Part shown: piece after piece, positions 48,226 to 57,837 of the stretch
Numbering within the stretch: the stretch's first letter is position 1
How the letters are laid out: each line of letters opens with the position of its first letter
Assembly (NCBI GenBank): GCA_017433725.1
Contig: JAFRGQ010000075.1
Coordinates: 277 to 64,276 of the forward strand
Source: Lachnospiraceae bacterium
GTDB lineage: Bacteria; Bacillota; Clostridia; Lachnospirales; Lachnospiraceae
Reading direction: 5' to 3'
DNA: 64,000 nucleotides
The notes under the pieces: model-generated
The model's database searches: none
Told to the model about the DNA's origin: nothing
What the model saw: only the letters and a program-made list of their open reading frames with translations
Program-made: the position numbers and the translations under genes

Positions 48226-49755
48226 TCAGAACATTGTGATCAGATCTCTCTTTATTTTCCTCGTCGATGTTTTCGGGAACGGTTCATTTCTCAGCTCATA
48301 GCCGGCGAGCCTTCTGTAGGACGGCTGCTTTTTATTGTAATCCCTGATGACCTTATCGATTTCCTTTTGGATCTGCTCCTCTTTCATCTTTCCGGCCTTG
48401 TCCGGGTCCGGATAAATCAGTGCACGAAGGTTCGTTCCCTGCCCTACAACAACAATCTCTCCGATAATAGCAGCTGTGCTGAACGCACCTTCAATTTCCT
48501 CCGGTGAGATGTTCTCGCCATTTGCAAGAATAATCAGGTTCTTCTTTCTTCCGCTCATATACAGATACCCATCCTCATCCAGGTATCCGAGATCGCCGGT
48601 ATAGAACCATCCGTCCTTCAGGACCTTATCAGTCTCCTCCGGCATGTTGTAATAGCCTTTCATGACGATATCTCCGCGGACACAGATTTCTCCGTCAATG
48701 ATTTTGACCTCGGTATTGTCGATCGGTCTGCCGAGCGAATCCCATTTAATGCCGCGCTCCCCGTTAAAGGATACGACCGGCGAAGTCTCCGTGCTGCCAT
48801 AGCCCATCCATATATCGACTCCGTACTTTTTGAACTCATCGATAAATTTCGGATCCAGGCGCGCACCGCCGCATATGATATGCTTCAGATTCTTACCGAA
48901 GACCTGAGAACCGACCAGTTTCCTGGGAATCAGCGGATTTACGGATTTCATCTTCTTATAAATCGTCTCAATCATGAGCGGAACCATGAGGATGACATGG
49001 GGCTCAAATCTCTTAATGTTCTTTACCAGGTGACCGATACTGTCGTTGATCGCTACCGTAACGCCCTGCTCAAAAGCTTTGATCCAGTCTACCGTCAGGC
49101 AGAAGGCATGATGAATCGGCAGGACAGAAAGGTCCACACTGCCCGGGGCAAGGTGATAATACATGTTAACCGCATCCGCACCGAGGCTTCCCTGCGTCAT
49201 CATGACTCCCTTGCTCACTCCCGTTGTTCCGGAGGTGAACATAATGGCAGCTATCTCCTCCGGGTCAGCCAGCTGAATCTCGAAGAGCGGAGCTCCTACG
49301 CCGAATGCTTTCCATGTCTCATAATTATATTCTCCGTCTTTGTCCGTCAGAAGAACAATTTTCTCTAGCTTCGGACACTCCGCTTCAATACGTTCAAGCA
49401 GCGTTTTCTTGATGGGATCCACAAAAGCACAGACCACATCGCCTCTGTTCAACTCATCGATAATATCATCGTCCGACAGATTCATGTCAATCGGCACTAT
49501 GACACTGTTACCGGTCAGTGCTCCGTAAAAAGTCGTGACCCACGGATAGGAGCTGCGGCCGACGGTAGCGATATGCGCTCTCTCTGTAAGCCCTGCTTTA
49601 TGCAGTCCGCTCCTGATGCGCGCGATATCTTCGCCCATTTCGCGGTAAGTCCGGCGGATAATTTCATCTTTCTCCGGCCAAATGACCGCGTCATAGTCTG
49701 AAAATTTAGCGATGCTGTTTTCTATAATCTCAGTAACTGTTGTTTTCATGATCAT
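48226..49755 (-). CDS. Long-chain acyl-CoA synthetase (AMP-binding)
   Basis: FTSGTTGVSKG, GYGSTETSP, TGDLG, GRKKN, GENISPEEIE, STRKIKR. Confidence 0.92.
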   Translation of the reverse strand: MIMKTTVTEIIENSIAKFSDYDAVIWPEKDEIIRRTYREMGEDIARIRSGLHKAGLTERAHIATVGRSSYPWVTTFYGALTGNSVIVPIDMNLSDDDIIDELNRGDVVCAFVDPIKKTLLERIEAECPKLEKIVLLTDKDGEYNYETWKAFGVGAPLFEIQLADPEEIAAIMFTSGTTGVSKGVMMTQGSLGADAVNMYYHLAPGSVDLSVLPIHHAFCLTVDWIKAFEQGVTVAINDSIGHLVKNIKRFEPHVILMVPLMIETIYKKMKSVNPLIPRKLVGSQVFGKNLKHIICGGARLDPKFIDEFKKYGVDIWMGYGSTETSPVVSFNGERGIKWDSLGRPIDNTEVKIIDGEICVRGDIVMKGYYNMPEETDKVLKDGWFYTGDLGYLDEDGYLYMSGRKKNLIILANGENISPEEIEGAFSTAAIIGEIVVVGQGTNLRALIYPDPDKAGKMKEEQIQKEIDKVIRDYNKKQPSYRRLAGYELRNEPFPKTSTRKIKRDLITMF

Positions 49756-49855
49756 AATCTCTTTCTTAAATTTGTTCTGTTATGGTATAACAAAAAAAGC
49801 CCGCCGTATCAATACGGCAGGCCGCTTTATGGACATTTCGGTACAAAATGTCCAG

Positions 49856-50158
49856 TTAATCCTCTTCTATTTCAAATATAGTGCTGAACCCTGTGATGTC
49901 GAGCACATCTTTGACTTCAGGTTTTGCGTGACGAATCAGTATTCCGTCTTTGGAATTCATCGCCTCATAGGCATATAGCAGCTCTCTCAATCCTCCGGAA
50001 GAAATATAATCCAGATCCCTGAATTCAAAAATCACCTTTTCTGCTTCCGGCATCCGTTCCTCCAGAATACCGTGAAGCTCAAGTGAAGTCACAGCATTCA
50101 GCTGTCCGCTCACATCCAGTATCAGGACTCCGTTCTCCATGCTCTCTATTGCTGTCAT
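49856..50158 (-). CDS. STAS-domain anti-sigma-factor antagonist
   Basis: LDYISSGGLR, V..VLDITGF. Confidence 0.88.
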   Translation of the reverse strand: MTAIESMENGVLILDVSGQLNAVTSLELHGILEERMPEAEKVIFEFRDLDYISSGGLRELLYAYEAMNSKDGILIRHAKPEVKDVLDITGFSTIFEIEED

Positions 50159-50204
50159 AGCCTCCCCCTTTCTTCACAGGCAGCCGCTTGTCAATAACGA
50201 TTCC

Positions 50205-50232
50205 TTCAAGTCTCGTTCGCAAAACTTAGCGC
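50205..50232 (+). repeat. Family C partial copy
   Basis: TTCAAGTCTCGTTCGC...ACTTAGCGC. Confidence 0.45.
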
Positions 50233-50291
50233 AAGGTACGGTCCGGCGTCAGATTACTTAATTCCGGACCGAATCCCTGTGTGTTCCCGAT

Positions 50292-52463
50292 TTACGAGCC
50301 GGAACTCTCCGAACCTTTACGACCTTCGTTCTTGCCGAACTCACAGTAATGCTTATAGAATGCGGCATAGTCCGTCCGGTACTTCTCCACCAGATCCGGA
50401 TTGTCTTTCATATAGAAGTCGACGTCGAACTCCTTACTTCCCTGCCGCCGGTTTTTCATACCCGTCTCAACAAAATGATCGAACAGCTTCGCCGGGTTAT
50501 CTCCGCAAGCGGTCTTTGCATCCGGATATTTCTCTGCGTAGTACTCCGGATCAAATGCCGCGCTGTAATCGACGCCGTCAATCACATAAGAGACTGTCGG
50601 CAGCTCATTCAGCGTGAACTCGGCGCTGGCATCGGGAGTTTTATTCGTTCCGTTCACAAATGCTTCTACGATATACTTTCCCGTCTGATTAAAATCGATA
50701 AGATCGATTTCACATACCCAGTTGCCGTTGTCATCAAGTTTGGCCTCATACCGCGTTCTGTCAGCTCCTTCCGCTGCCTCTGTCTGAACATAGAACTGCA
50801 GGGTCTTCAGGTCCTTCTTCGTTCGGACGCTTGCCGTCAACGTTGATCTGTCTTCCGACACTTTAGTAGTCAGATAATAATCCGTGACTTCACTGCATAC
50901 AGCTCCTACTGAGAACATTCTTAAGCGATCTTTCAGCCAGGTCTTCTGGTTCTCCAGATTTTCCTTGTAAGTCGGAAGGAACATATGGCCTTTGACATCG
51001 ACCTTATTAAGTACATCAAATCGCAGGTAATTCATCTCTGCGGATGCCGATACTTTCGTATTCAGTATATCCATGGTCGTCGGGGCAAGCTCGAAAATAT
51101 CCTCACAGTATTTGTCATAATACTCTTCGAGCATATCCGCGAATTCACTGTATCCGAGAAGCCGCTTGAAATAGCCGTTGTGCCAGACATAATACTGATC
51201 AGCCGGGTCTCCGTCTTCCATACATGTGTCAAAATCCCAGATCGGACCTACATGCAGTTCGTCCTTCGGACCGTCCCAGTACCAGTAGAAGCTTGTCGTC
51301 GCCAGTTCCTCGTTCAGGAAATATTCGGCGACCAAATAGAAGCGGGCAAATTGATCCTCGTCGAACATCGCCGTCACTTCTTCCCAGGGTCTTTTCTCGT
51401 TCAGAGCTTCCGCAAATGCATCCACCCTCCTCTGGAATTCAGCAAAGTCTTCCGATGCATCCTCGGTCTGGAAATCCTTAAGAGCCCAGTAATTTCCGTT
51501 TACATCCTTAAAATTGTCTTCCTGATAAAAGAAAGCGTTGTCAAATTCCGCCACGATTCCGTGTCCGCTCGTGAGATTCAAACGCTGCTTGCCGATTTCT
51601 GCCTTCTCCGCGATCATATATAATCCGCGGTAATCACCGTCGACCCACAGATCCGCATAACGGGCTTCGGGAACATATCCCACTCCTACAGCCCGCGCAG
51701 TGTCGAACACAAGCTTGTTGCGCATGAGAGATGAGTCGCTCGAATTGGCAAGCAGGACCCATTTTTTGGCTTTTCCCATCCCGAGAACGGAGCGCGAATT
51801 TTCGAATTTCAGCTGATATCCTTTTTTATCATAAAAAGCCCATGATGAGTTTCCCCGTCCTCGCATCTCCGCATGACCGCTCAGCGTAAAACTGTTAACA
51901 GGGTTAATGGGATCCGTGAGAATGGTGCTCTCAACGGGGAGCGTTGTCGCTGCATTTTCATCCGCATGAATCTTGGAAAGATCTCCGTCTTTTAGTCTGA
52001 CCGACAGAGACGGCAGCGTCGACTGCGTACATACCAGTATGATTTTGGAACCGTCCTGCATGATGATCGATGCGGGCTGCGATGTAAAATCACCGGAGAG
52101 TGTCTTTCCGTCACTGCCGATTTCACCGAGAGTAGTGGAGACCATGGCGTCCGAAGATTTGAGCGTCACTCTGGCGAGATTTGCATCCGACGGCAGAAAC
52201 AGATACACTTTTCCGTCTGCGCCTACAAAAGAATGATATACATCCTGCGTATCTTTTCCCCGGTATGTCGTGAACCTGACACGTGTTTTTTTGACCGGCT
52301 CTTCCTCTGCGGCTTCAGAAGCGGCAGACTCATCGGTGGGAGACTCCGCTTCAGATGCGGCAGACTGGTCCGCTGCCGCATAAACTTCCTTCATACAGGC
52401 GCTTCCTGCGGTGATCAGACCGAGGGTCAGCATTGCGGCAGCGAGCAGTTTGTGAAGTTTCAT
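50292..52463 (-). CDS. Secreted CotH-family kinase with a Bsp-like domain and two C-terminal FD..YY repeats
   Basis: RGRGNSSW, KKGY.LK, WVLLAN..DSSLMRN, YRGLY..AE, GPIWDFD; signal peptide. Confidence 0.87.
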   Translation of the reverse strand: MKLHKLLAAAMLTLGLITAGSACMKEVYAAADQSAASEAESPTDESAASEAAEEEPVKKTRVRFTTYRGKDTQDVYHSFVGADGKVYLFLPSDANLARVTLKSSDAMVSTTLGEIGSDGKTLSGDFTSQPASIIMQDGSKIILVCTQSTLPSLSVRLKDGDLSKIHADENAATTLPVESTILTDPINPVNSFTLSGHAEMRGRGNSSWAFYDKKGYQLKFENSRSVLGMGKAKKWVLLANSSDSSLMRNKLVFDTARAVGVGYVPEARYADLWVDGDYRGLYMIAEKAEIGKQRLNLTSGHGIVAEFDNAFFYQEDNFKDVNGNYWALKDFQTEDASEDFAEFQRRVDAFAEALNEKRPWEEVTAMFDEDQFARFYLVAEYFLNEELATTSFYWYWDGPKDELHVGPIWDFDTCMEDGDPADQYYVWHNGYFKRLLGYSEFADMLEEYYDKYCEDIFELAPTTMDILNTKVSASAEMNYLRFDVLNKVDVKGHMFLPTYKENLENQKTWLKDRLRMFSVGAVCSEVTDYYLTTKVSEDRSTLTASVRTKKDLKTLQFYVQTEAAEGADRTRYEAKLDDNGNWVCEIDLIDFNQTGKYIVEAFVNGTNKTPDASAEFTLNELPTVSYVIDGVDYSAAFDPEYYAEKYPDAKTACGDNPAKLFDHFVETGMKNRRQGSKEFDVDFYMKDNPDLVEKYRTDYAAFYKHYCEFGKNEGRKGSESSGS

Positions 52464-52583
52464 ATTCTATCTCCAATCAGGCAATATTCTTTCATATACT
52501 TCGTGTTGCACTCAGTTTAAGAGATACTATACTCTTTTCCGAAAGATTTTTCCATCATAGATTGCAGTTTTCTCTTCCTGCTG

Positions 52584-55457
52584 TCATTTTCTTTTGATTC
52601 TTGAAATCGCGATCTTGCCTGCTCTTTTCGCAGCATAAGGAGCAAGAACGCCGAGTTTATCCTCGCAACGCACCATCGTGCTCGCTTCCGGCACATCGCG
52701 GCTCAGATGGATCGCATCGAACTCGCACCTTGTCGTGCACAGTCCGCAGCCTATGCAGCGGTTATAGTCAACTGTCGTAGCGCCGCATCCGAGACATCTC
52801 GCAGCCTCGATTCGGATCTGCTCCTCCGTGAGCGGAAGTCTGAGGTCTGCAAATGTCTCCGTCGCCACGCCCTGCTTTTGTCCCGGTATCTGACGCTTCG
52901 CATTGTCAAATGTCTCAATCTCGATATCGTCCTTATTCAGTTCGTTGAACTCTCTGAGGTCTCTTCCGATTGTGAGAGAGTTACCCGGGTGGACAAATCT
53001 GTTGATGGACACATATCCTTCGCGTCCTGCCGCTATCGCATCTATGGCGAACTTCGGTCCGGAGTAAACGTCGCCGCCTACAAATATATCCGGCTCACCG
53101 GTCTGATATGTAATCGAATCTGCGACAGCCGTTCCGTTCGGACGGATCTCGACCTTCGTTCCGTCGAGCAGGTTGCCCCACTGAATACTCTGGCCGATAG
53201 AAAGAAGTACGTTCTCGCACGGAATCGTGACCGTATCCTCCTCATCGTATTTCGGTGCAAATCTGTGATTCTCGTCAAACACAGCTACGCATTTTTTGAA
53301 GACGACCGCTTTGACCTTACCATCCTCTGTCAGGATCTCCTTCGGTCCCCAGCCGTTCATAACTCCGATTCCCTCTTCCTTGGCCTCAGCCACTTCATCC
53401 GGAGCCGCCGGCATTTCTACGTCAGACTCCAGACAGAGCATGGTGACTTTGCTGCTGCCGGCACGAATTGCTGTGCGGGCCACGTCGACCGCAACATTAC
53501 CGCCACCGATGACAACAGTCTCACCTGTCAGATACTTCGGAGAAGGTGTTTCCTCGTTCACAGCCACTGAGCTGCTCGCCGTTGACGCCTCATTCATGAC
53601 AAGATTGACTTTCCTAAGGAACTCTACGCCGGTCATAACGCCCTCAGCATCTTCACCGGGAACGCCTGTCATGCGGCCGCCCTGTGCACCGATTGCAATG
53701 TAAAATGCCTTGTAGCCTTCCGCTCTCAACTCATCCAGTGTGATATCCTTTCCGACTTCCACACCGCAACGGATCTCCACGCCCATCTCGCGTATGATGT
53801 CAATCTCGGCTTTCAAAACATCTTTCTCAAGTCTGAAGCTCGGAATACCGTTCAACAGCATGCCGCCGGGACGAATTTCTTTCTCAAATACAGTGACCGG
53901 ATAGCCGTTTCTTCTCAGATAATATGCCGCTGAGAGACCTGCCGGTCCTGCACCTATGACAGCGATCTTCTGTGTAAAGAACTTTCCTTCGCCGTTTTCA
54001 CAGAGCGGAATGTAGCGGGTCTCGGCGTTCAGATCCTGAGCTGCTATGAACTTTTTGACCTCATCGATGGCCAGCGGCTCATCGATGGTTCCGCGTGTAC
54101 ATGCATCCTCGCAGCGACGATTACATATTGCACCGCATACTGCCGGGAACGGATTATCCTGCTTGATCAACTCGAGAGCCTCGCGGTAACGTCCTTCTGC
54201 CGCCATTTTTATATATCCCTGCACCGCAAGGTGAGCGGGACATGCCGACTTACAGGGCGATGTGCCGGTATCATAGCAATTGATCTTGGCTGTATCGCGA
54301 TAATTATAATTCCATTTGTCCGGTCCCCATACTTTGTTGTCGGGAAGTTCTGTAAGCGGATATTTGATCTCACCGTGTTTCGTGCAGAGCTTCTGGCCGA
54401 GCTTGGCGGCGCCGACCGGACAGACTTCGACGCATTTGCCGCAGGCAACGCATTTTTCTTTCTCGACATGCGCGCGGTAAGCGGATGCGGACAGATTCGG
54501 CGTATTGTACAGCTGTGATGTGCGCAGCGCGTTGCAGACTCCCGGCGCACAATTGCAGATCGCGACGATTTTGTTCTCGCCGTCGATATTGGTGATCTGA
54601 TGCACGTAGCCGTGACGCTCGGCCCTTTCAAGAACTTCCAGAACTTCATCGTAGGTGAGATAACGGCCCATGCCTCTCTTGACACAGTACTCCGCCATAT
54701 CGCCCACACCGATGCAGTATTCTCCTTCAATGTCACCGCTGCCTTCACCGCGTGCCGTCTGCTGTTTGCGGCATGTGCAGATGCCAACGGAATATTTGTC
54801 ATATTTGTTCAGCCAGTGCGTGATGTGCTCGACGGAAACAGATTTGCTCTCATGCTCGATCGCTTTCTCGACCGGAATGACATGCATACCGATGCCTGCG
54901 CCTCCCGGAGGCACCATCTGTGTGACGCCGGCAAGCGGCAGCTGCGTCATCAGATTGAAAAATGTAAACAGCTCCGGATGCTCGTCCGTCAGCTTATCAT
55001 TCATGACCATGAACTCAGCGGAACCCGGAACGAAAATTGGGACGTTATACATCTGTTCCCTGTTGCCGTCCTCGCGGCGGACCATCTCAAGGATACCGGT
55101 CCAGGTGAGGTGTTTCACCATTTTCTTCGTATCCTCTACAGACATATTGTTCATCTTTGCGAGCTCGCGGACTGTGTATGGCACACGTGTCTTCTTAAAT
55201 GAGAGCAGGAATCTGATTTCTTCCTTCGTAAAGATGCGGTCCAACGCCCAGTACTCCGGGTCGCGGTTGTTGATCTTTCTCGTGTAACGCTTGATGTAGC
55301 GATCCGTAATCATATAAACAAGTTGAAGGACCAGTTTCTCTTTCTCCTTGTCGGGAGCGACGTAATCCTCATCCTGCCAGAAATCGTGTTCATTGATCAT
55401 GGGGTCGCCGATTTTCCATTTCTTCATCCTTTCGATGTTTTTGGGATCGTCGAACAT
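52584..55457 (-). CDS. FAD/NAD(P)-dependent Fe-S oxidoreductase (GltD-like core plus ferredoxin domains)
   Basis: CVACGKCVEVCP, PCKSACP, CGAICNRRCE, GAGPAG, GGGNVA, RCLGCG, CIGCGLCTTRC. Confidence 0.88.
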   Translation of the reverse strand: MFDDPKNIERMKKWKIGDPMINEHDFWQDEDYVAPDKEKEKLVLQLVYMITDRYIKRYTRKINNRDPEYWALDRIFTKEEIRFLLSFKKTRVPYTVRELAKMNNMSVEDTKKMVKHLTWTGILEMVRREDGNREQMYNVPIFVPGSAEFMVMNDKLTDEHPELFTFFNLMTQLPLAGVTQMVPPGGAGIGMHVIPVEKAIEHESKSVSVEHITHWLNKYDKYSVGICTCRKQQTARGEGSGDIEGEYCIGVGDMAEYCVKRGMGRYLTYDEVLEVLERAERHGYVHQITNIDGENKIVAICNCAPGVCNALRTSQLYNTPNLSASAYRAHVEKEKCVACGKCVEVCPVGAAKLGQKLCTKHGEIKYPLTELPDNKVWGPDKWNYNYRDTAKINCYDTGTSPCKSACPAHLAVQGYIKMAAEGRYREALELIKQDNPFPAVCGAICNRRCEDACTRGTIDEPLAIDEVKKFIAAQDLNAETRYIPLCENGEGKFFTQKIAVIGAGPAGLSAAYYLRRNGYPVTVFEKEIRPGGMLLNGIPSFRLEKDVLKAEIDIIREMGVEIRCGVEVGKDITLDELRAEGYKAFYIAIGAQGGRMTGVPGEDAEGVMTGVEFLRKVNLVMNEASTASSSVAVNEETPSPKYLTGETVVIGGGNVAVDVARTAIRAGSSKVTMLCLESDVEMPAAPDEVAEAKEEGIGVMNGWGPKEILTEDGKVKAVVFKKCVAVFDENHRFAPKYDEEDTVTIPCENVLLSIGQSIQWGNLLDGTKVEIRPNGTAVADSITYQTGEPDIFVGGDVYSGPKFAIDAIAAGREGYVSINRFVHPGNSLTIGRDLREFNELNKDDIEIETFDNAKRQIPGQKQGVATETFADLRLPLTEEQIRIEAARCLGCGATTVDYNRCIGCGLCTTRCEFDAIHLSRDVPEASTMVRCEDKLGVLAPYAAKRAGKIAISRIKRK

Positions 55458-55642
55458 GGTAACCTCCTTACTTCAGACGCTTAGTCTTTTCATTTTGCCT
55501 TATCATACGGTCGTATGCATTTATTATTCTATATGATTATACCTGCGCTAACAAGGATTAGAGGCTGAAAAATCCGAGGTACAGGACCATATAGGCCTGC
55601 ACCCCGGTACAGTTATTCAATGTTTATATGACTGATTTTCGA

Positions 55643-57415
55643 TCAGCGGCCAAACTGGCAATCGTTGTTGCCGGAGTCTGTCGTCCACATCTCAAGCATG
55701 TTGATCGGATCGTTGAAGTCTGCGAGCCAGCCTTCACGTGCGAAGTCGAAGTTGCCTGCCTTTCTCTCATCAAGGAAGACGTTCCACTCACGTGTGTCGA
55801 TCTTGAGATCGATACCGACCTCAGCGAGATCCTGCTGCATAACTTCTGCGACAGCGATGTGGCCTGAGCCATCATTTGTCAGATATGTAAGAGAGATCGG
55901 TGTCTCATCGGAAAGCATACCGTCATCTGTGAACTTGTAGCCTGCCTCCTCGAGAAGGGAGATAGCGTAGTCAACAGAGTTCGGCTGATAAGATTCCGGA
56001 TAATAACCAACTTCATCCTTGAGCGGGAATGTGTAAGCGTCATCGTTAGCCTTGAATACGCCGCCGTTACCGTCTGCCATACCTTCCGGAATGAAGGAAT
56101 TAGCGACCTTCTGATCTGTCTGACCTACATTCTCAACAATGTAGTCACGGTCGATCAGAATAGCAAATGCCTTTCTCATGGCAATAGCCTGCTCCATAGT
56201 CTTATCCTTGAAGATCGGGCTGTTAACGTTAAATGCTACATAGTATGTTCCGAGGTTGTCAATGACATGGAATTCCGGGTTCTCCTTAAGGGAAGCGATT
56301 TCATTTGTCGGAACTGTGTCAGCGAAATCAAGGTCGCCTGCGTTGTAAGCAGCAAAGATAGCTGTGTCATCAGCACTGAGCATGAAGTCAAGCTCTGAAA
56401 CCTTGACCTGGTCTGCCTTATGATAGTTGTCGTTCTTCTTGAAGACCATGGACTCTTCATGCTTCCATTGATCAACTGTGTAAGCGCCGTTTGTTACGAA
56501 ACCGGCTTCTGAGCACCATGCGCCCGGGTTTGTCTCCCAACCGGAAGCTGCTTCTACCTGAGCCTGCGGTACCGGAAGGTATGCCGGGAATGCAGCAAGG
56601 TCAAGGAAGTATGCACACGGAGCTACAAGATGAACCGTCAGAGTCTTGCCGTCTTCGCTTGCTTCGATATCAAGTGTGCCGTCATCTTTTCTTGCGATTG
56701 CATCGAACATATAACCATAGTCAGCACCTGTGTTCGGGTCTGCAACGCGGTTCCAGGAATAAACGAAGTCTTTCATTGTGACGTCAGTGCCGTCAGACCA
56801 CTTTGCACCGTCGATCAGAGTGAATGTATAGGTCATTCCATCCTCAGACATCTCTGTTGTAGCCGCAAGGTCCGGCTCCAATTCGCCGTCTTTGTTGTAT
56901 GTGTACAGACCTGCGAACAGGTTAACGCACATGCATGCACCGTCTACAGAAGAGTTCAGAGCCGGATCAAGCTTAGCCGGTTCAGAAGAAAGGTTGATCT
57001 TCAGGACGTCTCTCGGAGATTCCGCAAACTGGAAATACTTGAAACCGAAGAGATTGGAGTAAATGCCGTCAACATCTTTTACCTGCATATAGAGATCGTT
57101 GTAGTAGTAAAGCGGAATGACTGCGGAAGTCTCCATGAGGATATCTTCTGCCTTGTGCATTAACTCTTCACGCTTCGCTGTGTCTGTCTCCATGCGGATG
57201 TCTTCGATGAGGGAGTCATACTCTGTCCAGTCCGGAGCAGCCGTGCCATCCTTAGCTTTCAGCTCGACGCCTTCGATGTGCGGATAAAGATCATCATACT
57301 TTACTTCCGCAGCATTGCCGCCGTCAGTTGTTCCGCCGGAATTGCCGCCGCAGCCTGCGAGCATGCCTGCGACCATAGCGCCGACAAGTAATGTTGCTAA
57401 AACTTTCTTTTTCAT
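55643..57415 (-). CDS. oppA: Oligopeptide ABC transporter substrate-binding lipoprotein (family 5), circularly permuted
   Basis: Lipobox LAGC; EPAKLDP, AKWSDG..VT..DFVYSW.R, NGAY, GWLADFNDP; the usual C-terminal segment is found at the N-terminus. Confidence 0.9.
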   Translation of the reverse strand: MKKKVLATLLVGAMVAGMLAGCGGNSGGTTDGGNAAEVKYDDLYPHIEGVELKAKDGTAAPDWTEYDSLIEDIRMETDTAKREELMHKAEDILMETSAVIPLYYYNDLYMQVKDVDGIYSNLFGFKYFQFAESPRDVLKINLSSEPAKLDPALNSSVDGACMCVNLFAGLYTYNKDGELEPDLAATTEMSEDGMTYTFTLIDGAKWSDGTDVTMKDFVYSWNRVADPNTGADYGYMFDAIARKDDGTLDIEASEDGKTLTVHLVAPCAYFLDLAAFPAYLPVPQAQVEAASGWETNPGAWCSEAGFVTNGAYTVDQWKHEESMVFKKNDNYHKADQVKVSELDFMLSADDTAIFAAYNAGDLDFADTVPTNEIASLKENPEFHVIDNLGTYYVAFNVNSPIFKDKTMEQAIAMRKAFAILIDRDYIVENVGQTDQKVANSFIPEGMADGNGGVFKANDDAYTFPLKDEVGYYPESYQPNSVDYAISLLEEAGYKFTDDGMLSDETPISLTYLTNDGSGHIAVAEVMQQDLAEVGIDLKIDTREWNVFLDERKAGNFDFAREGWLADFNDPINMLEMWTTDSGNNDCQFGR

Positions 57416-57482
57416 TGTTTCCTCCTTTATACTTATGTTTTTCTTAACATAATATATGTAAACCCTTTATAGGGGTATACAT

Positions 57483-57708
57483 CATTCTGTAAGCCGCTTC
57501 TTTAGCGATACCACCAAAATTACACTCTTAGCATTTCGCCACTTCCAACATGCATTCTGTGAGCCGCCTCTTTCTCCGAGCCTCAACCGGAATACTTCAC
57601 CCTTAGCATTTCGCCACTTCCAACATGCATTCTGTGAGCCGCCTCTTTCTCCGAGCCATGTGGTATTTATATGTCCATCATGTAATCAGCATTTTTCTCC
57701 GAGCCATG
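57483..57708. repeat. Tandem direct repeats in the oppF-oppA spacer
   Basis: Identical 56-mers at 57527-57582 and 57602-57657 (period 75); partial copies at 57483-57503 and 57694-57708. Confidence 0.9.
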
Positions 57709-57837
57709 CTTGTATATATCTTAAGCGATGCGTAATAGCATCGCGTAGATATATACATACATGGCGAGTAAAAAGCATCACCTCATATAAATACCTACAT
57801 GGCGAGTGTAAAGCATCCCCTCACGGAATGCATCATC

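Noticed and set aside
55624-55875. Overlapping ORF as a frameshifted OppA C-terminus (pseudogene hypothesis)
   Set aside because: Its translation does not resemble OppA, and the missing segment is present in-frame at the N-terminus.
57483-57708. Possible mini-CRISPR array
   Set aside because: Only two full units; the 56-bp repeat and 19-bp gap are outside typical CRISPR geometry, and there are no cas genes in the window.
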